64,000 nucleotides of DNA, taken from positions 2,604,001-2,668,000 of the forward strand of contig JBHGNT010000010.1 of NCBI GenBank assembly GCA_043228905.1, in the 5' to 3' direction. This document shows, piece by piece, positions 13,355 to 23,400 of this stretch (position 1 is its first letter; every line of letters starts with the position of its first letter). The notes under the pieces were generated by a model that did no database searches, had not been told where the DNA came from, and was given only the letters and a program-made list of their open reading frames with translations. The translations under genes were made by a program, and so were the position numbers. Source of the DNA: Azolla caroliniana (lineage: Eukaryota; Plantae; Polypodiophyta).

Positions 13355-15030
13355 TGTAAAAAGTAACGTGCGGAAGCAAGTACGAAGACAGAAGAGAAGG
13401 AAGAAAACTCAGGTTTAATGGAGAGCTTGAGCTTACGCAGTATACGCGAGAGAGAGAGAGAGAGTGAGAGAGAGAAACACAAGAACTATATTCAATAACA
13501 ACACTCAATCTCGATACAAACGCTCTATACATGTGTGTGTTCCATGAACACTTTTATACAAGTCCTCGAAGGACTGGCCGAAGTACTGACCGTACTTCAA
13601 TGCTCTTTAAGAGCTCCTACACTAACTCCCAAATATATTCCTCACGGAATATCTTTCCTAACGGCCTCCCGGTTTACGCACTCGGCCTAACCGATCGGTC
13701 CCAACCGATCCGGTCCTCGGCTTCTTCAGCCGATCCGGCCGATGTTGAGCTTGTCTCTCAACACTCCCCCTCAAGCTCAACTTGAGGCTCTTCGGGATCT
13801 TCGGGCTCACAGCTCCGATTCCTCTTGGCTTCACACCTCGCTTGCGCTCCTCGACCTGTTCGACTCCGCGCGCTTCGACCCTTTCGGTCGGCTTGTCTGC
13901 TCATGTGGCCCTTATCAGCTCTTCTGCTGTTGCGGTGTTGACGCTTCTCCTGCTGCCTTTTCTTCCGCTTGGGCCTCGGTTGATTCAGCGTATCTGAATC
14001 AAACATCCGAACCGACTCGGCTACCTCCGATCGGTTTTCGCTCTCGTCCGAGTTGGCTGTCTCCAACTCGTCTTCGGTCTTCTCGCCCTCGGTGGCGTCA
14101 TCTTCCCCATGCGTGGTTGGCTTCGGCTCTCTCCTTCGGCTGCTCCCCTTTTGTCCGCTTCCGGACTTTTCCGCGGGTTCGCCCTCGGCTTCTTCAGCCG
14201 ATCCGAAGTAGAACTCGACAACCGACTCGGTGTCGCGATCTCCGCTCCTTTCCTGCTGCCTTGCTTGGACGTTCAGGACTGTTCTCCCCCTCAAGTTTGG
14301 CACATCGAGGTGACGCAATCCGAGCACACCGGAGAATTGCCGCAACTTGTCTAGACCAAGAGGCTTAGTGAAGATGTCGGCAGTCTGCCGATCCGTCGGC
14401 ACGTTGTCGTGAAGAAAACCGTCCACGAGCGGAATCCGTGCACCGGAGCGTAGAAACCGACTCTTCATGCACGTGCGCCTTAAGTTGTACATAGGAGATC
14501 CTAGGTAGATTCGGTGGGTAGGAAGTTAGGGGGGGGGGGGGAAACGGCTCCTTCCCTGCCTATAAAAGGAGGGAGACGCGAAAGAGGAGGGGATCGCGGA
14601 GAGTCGAGGACGAAGTGCTGTCGGTTGCGTGCGAAGGCTTCTCTCTCTCTGGTTCGCAAACTCCATAGCTTCCTTCTGTGCAGGTTTCGGGAGGCTCGCG
14701 CTGCTCTGAGGAATGCCCGAGTGCTTCCGGCAGCACCTCCAGCCTGCTCCTGCTTTTCTGTGCGTTTACGAACAGGTATCGGCATCTGTTCGCTGGCCTG
14801 TTCGGTTGTAACCGACTCTGTGTTGTGTTGTTTGTTGTTTGTTAATACATACATACGTTTGTGTCTTCCTGTGTCGCTGTCCCACTCGCGTCCTTGCGTC
14901 GAAGGGCCGTGTCCCTGTGAATCTACTCTCGCACGTAGTGGGCATCTTCTCCTTTCTTTCTTGCTCTTTGGTACAGGACCCCCGAGGTCCCGCCTCATTC
15001 CACGTATCCGCGAGGAAAACCTCGACATCT

Positions 15031-15047
15031 TGGTGAACCCGACGTGA
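15031..15047 (+). other. Primer-binding site complementary to the 3' end of plant tRNA-Trp
   Basis: TGGTGAACCCGACGTGA is the reverse complement of ...TCACGTCGGGTTCA-CCA (tRNA-Trp sequence from memory); it lies 3 nt after the LTR. Confidence 0.85.
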
Positions 15048-15070
15048 AGGAGGCGGCAGAAGAGCAGAAG

Positions 15071-17197
15071 ATGAAAGGGTCGGATCTTGTAGAGGCCATG
15101 GCTTCGGCCGTGGATCGGATATTGAGCGCACACGAGGGCTCCGGCGCCCTCGACAGAGCCATTGAGGCGGTCGTCGGTACGATCGGCCGATTCAGCGGAA
15201 AGGATGCCACAAAGTATTTGGCGTCCTACGGGGCAGAAATGCTGATGTGGGACATTCCGGAAGAGAGGCGTCTTGCTGGGTTTCCTCGAGTGGCGATGCC
15301 GAGCATCCATGCGGAGGTGCTCGAGGTGCGGGCGGAGAGCCGTACCTGGGAGGAGTTCGAAGGCCGACTCCTAGAAAAATACGGGCTGGACGACGCGCTC
15401 CGGCTTTCGAAAAGGGACTTCATGGAATGGGTGGAGTTCCCCGGCAAGGGAAGAAACGCAACGGCACTCCTCCGGGAGTTCGAAGAACGCTTTGCGCGCC
15501 TTTCGGCGCTTGACCGAACCGTTCTGGATACGAGCCGGGTCCTACTGTTCGTCAAGTCGGTGGACGAGCGGGACCGGGACCAAGTCGGCTCCCTGCTGGA
15601 GACCGAGGACGGGCTGACAGCCGACTGGGCTGCGGTTAAGAGAGTCTGTGGCCGTTTCGATAAACAACTAGAATGGGCTGACAACGGGGCGACAGGTGCG
15701 GGCTCTGTCACAACAAGGAGGCTTGAACCGGCACCGCAAGTGCGAAGGGAAGAGACCCGGGAATGGCTCGAAACCGGTCCGGCTTCGACTGGCATGGTCA
15801 ATGGCTCGTCCGGAGGAGCAGCGCTGGAGGAGTTGACGCGGGCGATAAAGGATCTCCAAATCGCCCAGACTCGAAGGGAAGGCGGCGAACCGGCTCGTGA
15901 CCGACGGCCGACAGTAGGGAACAGGTGCATGTGGTGCGACGAGGTCGGCCACATCCGGAAGGACTGCGGCGATTTCGTAGAAGCATTGAGGAACCGGGTG
16001 GTGTACCTGTGGGAAGGCCGGGTGCACGTCGGCGACACCAGAAGGACCCTAAACCGAAACGACGAACGAGGAGGTATGAAGAGACTGATGGAAGAGGCAG
16101 CGACCCGACACGTGGAGGCCATCCACTACTCGGCGTCGGCCGGCATTCGGGTCGGGGGCAGCGAGGCCCGAAAGGAGGGCAAAGACGGATTCTGGTCGGC
16201 AATGCTGGAAGCTCTTGTCGGCGCACGGTTGAAGAAGGATGAATCGGACCGCGCTGAGAGACGGGTCCGGGAAATAACGGGGTGGAGCGATCCGGTCGAG
16301 GAGAAGATGGGCTTCGTAGAAGCCGCCTGCCAGAACTACGAGGCTCTGGTAGAAGACAAGCGAGTGGGGAAAGCCGAAGCAGCCGGGCCCTCACAACGAT
16401 ACGAGACCCGATTCGGGCAACGACGGAACGATGCCGGCGGGTCCAGCTCGCAAGATAACCCCAGGAAGGGCGGATACCGATTGGGGACGGAGATAGAAAG
16501 GACTACGGACCTACGAAAGGTCCTAGAAGAACGGATCCTCGACAGCAAAGTGGAGCTGACATTGCGAGAGGTGTTAGGGATCGCCAAGAAGGAGTTCCAC
16601 GACTCCATTGTAGACTTGGTGAAACGGAAGAGGCTGTCGACGGAGACGGATCCGGAAAGACCGGTAGAGGTGCGGACGACGCACATCGACGACTCGGCGC
16701 TGGCAGATGAGTGGGTGGAGAGCCACTATTCGAGGCCACACTGGGCCCGAGGGACCACGGAGACCCCGGTAAAGATCGGAGAGGTTCAGGAACCGGTGGT
16801 GGCACTGGTGGACCACGATTCGAAAATAAACCTGATGTCCATGGACTTCTATAAGAAGGGGAAGTGGCCGATCAACACCAAGCACGGGTGGAAGATACGG
16901 GCGGCGACGCGCGCCACCGAGGAACTGCATGGGACCTGCCCGAACGTGCGAGTCAAGATCGGCGACGTCGAGATTGACCAACACTTCTTCGTACAGGAGA
17001 CGTCCTCGCACCCGGTCATATTACGGGAACCATACATCACGGCGGCTCGAATGGAGACCAAGGTGCTAGACAACGGTTCGGCCTACGCAAGGGTCAAAAG
17101 CCAGGACGGGCGCCATTTGGTCCAATTTCTGACCGTGAGACCGAACCACGAGAGGAACCGCGAATCCCTCGGTGGCGAGAACCGGGAGGATTTTTAG
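15071..17197 (+). CDS. Element B ORF1: Gag (CCHC knuckle) fused to aspartic protease
   Basis: Open for ~710 codons; CMWCDEVGHIRKDC; protease ALVDHDS (ALVDHGS in G and H) and HPVIL.EPY. Confidence 0.88.
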   Translation: MKGSDLVEAMASAVDRILSAHEGSGALDRAIEAVVGTIGRFSGKDATKYLASYGAEMLMWDIPEERRLAGFPRVAMPSIHAEVLEVRAESRTWEEFEGRLLEKYGLDDALRLSKRDFMEWVEFPGKGRNATALLREFEERFARLSALDRTVLDTSRVLLFVKSVDERDRDQVGSLLETEDGLTADWAAVKRVCGRFDKQLEWADNGATGAGSVTTRRLEPAPQVRREETREWLETGPASTGMVNGSSGGAALEELTRAIKDLQIAQTRREGGEPARDRRPTVGNRCMWCDEVGHIRKDCGDFVEALRNRVVYLWEGRVHVGDTRRTLNRNDERGGMKRLMEEAATRHVEAIHYSASAGIRVGGSEARKEGKDGFWSAMLEALVGARLKKDESDRAERRVREITGWSDPVEEKMGFVEAACQNYEALVEDKRVGKAEAAGPSQRYETRFGQRRNDAGGSSSQDNPRKGGYRLGTEIERTTDLRKVLEERILDSKVELTLREVLGIAKKEFHDSIVDLVKRKRLSTETDPERPVEVRTTHIDDSALADEWVESHYSRPHWARGTTETPVKIGEVQEPVVALVDHDSKINLMSMDFYKKGKWPINTKHGWKIRAATRATEELHGTCPNVRVKIGDVEIDQHFFVQETSSHPVILREPYITAARMETKVLDNGSAYARVKSQDGRHLVQFLTVRPNHERNRESLGGENREDF

Positions 17198-20100
17198 AGA
17201 GGGCTGCCAAGGCGTGGGGCCGAGACAGTCCGGACACTCGGGAAAGACCCCACGACTGTACGATAGGTAGGAAATTTTGCTTCTCCAACAATGGAGGGTG
17301 TATGATAGTCGGCATCGTCGGCCGAGAAAAGACAAGGGCGGAAGTGCAACTTCGAGCGTGCAGAGTTCTCGGCCCGGACGAGGAAATCAGCGGAGCCGTG
17401 GAGGCGGTCTCCTTCGACGACACCTTGGGAATGCTGAGGAAGGTAGCCGGAGAAGACCTTAACGAAGACCGGACGATACCGGTATGTTCCGAAGAGATGT
17501 ACGAAGTCATCGCGAACTTCAGTCAAGGGCTCGGGTCGGATCGGACGGCCCGAGTTAGCACGAAGTACAAGACTGTGGACCGGAAGGTAAGGCCAGTCGC
17601 GGCACCCTTGCCGGAGGGCAGCGAGTCTCGAATCAGAGGGGTGGCGTCGGACCCCAGTTTACAAGACCCGGCCTGCATAGGACACACCTTCACCGACGGG
17701 ACGCTCCGGGAGCTCAGGATCGGTGGGGGCGGGTTCCTACTGCCTGCGGAGGAAGACCGGTTTCGGAAAATGCTCGGAAGGCACGGGAAAGCCTTCGCAT
17801 TCTCGCCGGAAGAAATCGGGTGCGTAGACTCGACGATCGTGGAGCCGATGGTGATATTCACAGTACCGCATGTGCCGTGGAATCTCAAGCCGATTCCGGT
17901 ACCAAGAGCTCACATCCCGGAGTTGATGGGGCTGCTGAGGCAAAAAGTCGATATGGGTATTCTCGAACCGTCGAGTGCGCCATACTCGAATCGATGGTTT
18001 ACCGTACCAAAGAAAAACGGAACATTGCGCTTCATTCAGGACCTACAGCCGGTCAACAGAGTGACCATTCGGAACGCAGGAATCGGACCGACCATAGACG
18101 AGTTCGCGGAGGCCTTCGCCGGAAGGTCGATTTACTCGGTCGGTGATCTGTACTCGGGGTACGACCAGTTCTAGCTAGCCGTGGAGAGCAGAGACATTAC
18201 GACGATGCGAACCCCCCTCGGCCTAGTGCGAATGTGTACCCTGCCGCAAGGAGGGACCAACTCGGTGGCCCACATGGTGAATGCAATGAACAAGGTACTG
18301 AGGGATTGCATCCCGGACATCACCATGCCGTTTCTAGACGACATCCCTATCAAAGGGTGCTCGGTGGAAGAGAAGGACGAGACAGTCGGGCCGGACGGAT
18401 GCCGGCGATTCGTGGCAACTCACATCGGCGACTGCGAGAAGGTGCTACAAAGGCTAGAGGATGCGAGGCTCACTTTCTTCGGGGAGAAATCGGCCTTCGG
18501 GCAATCAGAAATCCTGGTGGTCGGGCACCTATGTGGACCGTATGGCCAGAAGCCGTCTCCGGCAAAGGTAGAAGCCATCTCCGTGATGAAGACAGACTGT
18601 AGCTCGGTTACGGAAGTTCGGAGGTTCCTCGGGGCATGCGCATTCTACCACATATGGATCCCGCATTACGCCCACGTTGCGGAGCCGCTATACGGGTTGC
18701 TGAAGAAAGGGCGAAAGTTCGAGTGGCGAGACGAGCACACGCAGTCGGTCCGGAAGCTGAAGGAAGCTCTTGCGGCAGCACCGACGCTCCAGAAGGCTGT
18801 CTACGAGAAGGGTACCTCGGTATACATAACGGTGGATACGAGTCCGACCGGGATCGGATGGGTCGTCAACCAAGAAGACGGGGACGACATTCGGTTCCCG
18901 ATCCGATTCGGCGCGAAGGTCCTCAGTGAGCGACAGCGAGGGTACGCCCAGGTTAAACGCGAACTCTGGGGTATCGTTTCAGCAGTAAAGGCCGACAAAG
19001 ACTACCTGATCGGGACGGAAGTGATCGTCGAGACGGATTGCCTGCCAATTCTCGGCATGGTTTCCGGATGCGCGACACCGGACCTGGCGATGCTCAGGTG
19101 GATAGCATACATCAAGTCCCTGGATCCGGAAATACGGCACATTTCTGGAAAGGACAACGCCATGGCCGACATGCTTTCAAGGGCGAGGTTTGATGACGAG
19201 GGCGGCATGGTTTCGGAGGACGAAGAAGTCGGCATGGACTTCTTCGAAGCGGTGTACATGACGACCGATGGGACGAGCACTCCGGCACTTAACGGGTTCG
19301 ACGAGAGCAAGTACGACGGCGAGTGGCTCCAGATCGGTAGGTTTCTGAGGACAATGACGCCGGATGCGTCATGGACGAAGGACGAGGCCAACCGGATCCG
19401 GAAGAAAGCTTACCGATTCTTTCTCCGGGACAGATACTTATGGAAGCACCCGAAGAAGAGGAACGACGTCCCGCTCCGGGTGGTGGCGATGAAGGAAGAA
19501 CAGGAGGAGCTGCTGACGGCCTACCACGACAACCCTTGGGCTGGACACCGTGGAACGTGGGCCACGTTCGAGAAGATAAAGGGGAAATACTGGTGGCCGG
19601 GACTGTACCGGGACGTGCATCGGTTCGTGACAACTTGCGAGAGCTGTCAGATGCACTCCGTGGTCCGACACCGGGACGAGCTTCACCCTAGGTACCCTCC
19701 GACCATCCACTTCAAATGGATGGTAGACCTGGTGACGATGCCGATGGGAGTAGGACAGATGCGGTATATGGTCCTGGCTTGGGAAGATCTGACGAACCAG
19801 GTAGAAGGCCGGGCCCTTCAGAACAAAACGACCGCGGCCGTATGTCGGTTCCTGATTGAGGACGTGATATGCCGGTACGGGTGCGTCGGGAAGATTGTGG
19901 CTGATCGCGGGGAGTTGGACGCCGAAGAGGCCGAGGAGCTGTTCGACCGGCTAGGAGTCAAGCTCTCGCTTACCACTACGTACAATCCGGAGGCGAATGG
20001 AAAGGTGGAGCGCGGACACGGACCAATCGTCAAGGCGTTAGTTCGGGCATGCGGAGGTCAAGTCGGGAACTGGCCGCGGCTGCTGCCTTACGCGTTGTGG

Positions 20101-20461
20101 GCGGACTGAACTACGCATAGTTCGGTAACCGGATTCATGCCGGCAGAACTCATGTTTGGGCAGAAGCCGGTCATGCCAATGGAACGTACGATCTCCTCGT
20201 GGGCAACCGTGGACTGGAGAAACGAGATGAGCAGGGAGGAACTGCTGGCGGCGTGTATACGACAACTCGAGCGAAGACCGGAGGACGTGGAGCAGGCTGC
20301 GGAGAAGCTTTGGGAAGCAAGGATGAGGAACAAAGCCCGGTTCGACCGAACGCACTGGCTCCGACCGAAGAAGATCGAGGAAGGCGACTGGGTGCTAGTC
20401 TACGACAGCAGCCTTGACAACCAGCACCGAGCGACACGGAAATTCGCAAGAAGGTGGTTCG

Positions 20462-23400
20462 TGTTGGGGAATCGTCGCTTCGATTCACCTTCACCACTCG
20501 GCCACAACCGAGTAATCGCGGATCAATGCAGCAGAAAATAGGAACCAAACGAAGAGACAAAACGCGAACACAAGGATTAACGTGGAAAACCCTAGATGGG
20601 AAAAACCACGGGAGTACAAGACTCCAAACCAACGCTATACAAAAGAAGTATACAATGGCGAGCTGCAAGGCGACGACCTTGAGCTCGCTGTCCTCGCCAC
20701 AGGCGGCGGAAATACACAGAGGCGTCGACCTCTTCCTCTCTCTCTCTCTCTCTCGCGATCTATCTCTCTCTCTCTCTCACGACTGCTCTCTCTCTTCACT
20801 CCTCTAGAGTGGAAAAACAGAAAAATGAGTAGCAACACTAAAACTGTTTGCCCTAAGTCATATTTATACTTATATGACTTTGGGCTATTTACAACTATAG
20901 CCTCAGGGGCCCATAGCGAACATATTCACGGATATGTCCCTGCATCCGGATCGCTCTCCGGGTACATTCGTCATCCGGCACCGAAGCCGGGGTCTTCGTC
21001 ATCCGGATCCGAAACCGAAACCGGGCTTGTCGGCATTGGCCTCCGACATCCGACCATCCCATCCGAAGGAACCGTAATCCCAACAAACTCCCCCTTCACT
21101 TCGGCATGGGATGTCTTTCCAATCCGATCCTCTTCCGGCATGCTTCCAGCTTGTCGGGTGTGAGCACCTTGGTCAGCATATCCGACCCGTTCTCGTCCGT
21201 GTGGATCTTTGTCAGCACGAACTCCTTGTCTTCTATCCTTTCCCGGATCCAGTGATATCTTCGCTGGATGTGCTTCGTCCGGGAGTGATAGGCCGCGTTC
21301 TTCGCAAGGTGGATTGCACTCTGACTGTCGCAGTAGAGTCGGTACTCCTCCCGCCGGATACCGAGCTCTCTAATGAAGTCCTTCATCCATATTACTTCCT
21401 TGCCGGCTTCAACAGCTGCCATGTACTCCGCCTCCGTGGTTGACAACGCAACCGTCTTCTGCAGCCTCGACTGCCATGAAACAGCTCCCCCTGCATACGT
21501 CATCACATACCCTGATGTGGACCGGCTGGTATCTGCATCAGCCGACATATCCGAATCGGTGAAGCCGTCGAGTTCGGGCTTACCGGAGCCGAATCGGAGG
21601 CACACGTTTGCCGTGCCCTTCAGGTATCGGAGTATCCACTTGGCCGCGTTCCAATGCTCTTTGCCGGGATTGCTCATGTACCGGCTCACCACTCCGACTG
21701 CATATCCTATGTCCGGTCTCGTACACACCATGGCGTACATCAAGCTCCCGACGGCTGAGGCATACGGCACTTTCATCATATCCTCCTTTTCAGCCTTTGT
21801 CTTGGGACTTTGCTTGCTGGACAGCTTGCAGTTTGCCGGGAGGGTCGATCCGACTGGTCTTGCTTCCGACATGTTGAACCGGTGAAGCACCTTCGTCACG
21901 TACTTCTCCTGTGACAGCCACAACAGCTTCTTCTTCCGGTCCCGGATGATGTGCATCCCTAGTATTTGTCTCGCCGAACCCAGGTCCTTCATTGAGAAGG
22001 TTCGGTGAAGAGCCTTCTTCAGCATCCGTATCTTGACCTGGTCCCGTCCGACGATCAACATGTCGTCCACGTACAGGAGGAGTATTAGAAAGTCTCCTCC
22101 TTCGAACTTCTTCACAAACACGCAGTGGTCGGACTGCGTTTTGAGGTACCCTTCGTCGGTCATGAAGGAGTCGAACTTCCGGTACCATTGCCGGGGAGCC
22201 TGCTTCAGTCCGTAAAGGCTCTTCTTCAACCGGCATACCAGGTGCTCCTTTCCTTTCTTCTCGAATCCTTCAGGTTGTTGCATGTAGATCTCTTCATCGA
22301 GGTCACCGTGAAGGAATGCCGTCTTCACGTCCATCTGTTCTACCTCGAGGTCCATGCTTGCCGCTATGCTCAACACCGTCCGGATGGAGGTCATCTTCAC
22401 TACCGGGGCAAATATCTCGTCGAAGTCGACGCCCTTCTTCTGCTGAAACCCCTTCACCACGATCCTGGCTTTGTATCTCGGGGGGTTTCCGGCATCTCCC
22501 GGTTTCAGCTTGAACACCCACTTGTTACGGAGTGCCCGTTTTCCTTTCGGCAGCTCCACAAGTTCATATGTGTGGTTCTCATGCAGGGAATCCATCTCGT
22601 CCTGCATGGCACTCAACCACCTGCGGCTCTGGGTGTCATGTTTTGCTTCTTCAAAGCTCTCCGGCTCCCCCTCGTCGGTTAGCAGCACGTGCTCTGGTTC
22701 CGGAAATCTCCGGGGGGCCCTTCTCTCTCTTAGAGGATATCTCCGTCCCGGAGCTTCGGTAACCGGTTCTTCCGATTCTTCTTCATCCGAATCCATTTCG
22801 GGATCGGGGCCGGTTCCGATATCATTTTCATCTTCTTCGGCCGGTTCTGTTTCTTCACCGTCTTCGGCCGGATCCTCGAGTGCTAACCGGTCCCTTGCCG
22901 GTCGGGACTGCTCCTCGTAGAGTTGATCCTCACCGGTCGACTTGGAGCTCTTCATCTTCTTCTCCGATTCCCAGTCGGCGAGTGTCTTGTCCTCCATGAA
23001 GATGATGTCTCGACTCCTGAATATCTTCTTGTCGACCGGGTCCCACACTCGGTAGCCGAACTCGTCGTCGCCGTAACCGAGGAATATGCATGGCCGGGTC
23101 TTTGGATCTAGCTTTCCTCTCCGGTCCTTTGCCACATGCACGTATGCGAGACACCCGAACACCTTCAGATGCCGGTAGGATACTTCCCTACCGGTCCACA
23201 CTCTCTGCGGCGTGTCTCCGTCCAAAGGTACTGAGGGTGATCGGTTTATCACATATGTCGCCGTCGACATTGCCTCAGCCCAAAACCCCTTGGGTAATTT
23301 CGCATGCGCCAGCATACTCCGGACCCTCTCCATTATGGTCCGGTTCATCCTCTCGGCCAGCCCGTTCAGTTCCGGCGTCTTCGGCACAGTAAACTCGAGC

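Noticed and set aside
14501-15310. Long ORFs across LTRs and antisense to gag/pol (also 20582-21163, 31693-32407, 61244-62020)
   Set aside because: Expected in GC-rich, stop-poor sequence; no recognisable domains and not consistently conserved among B, G and H.
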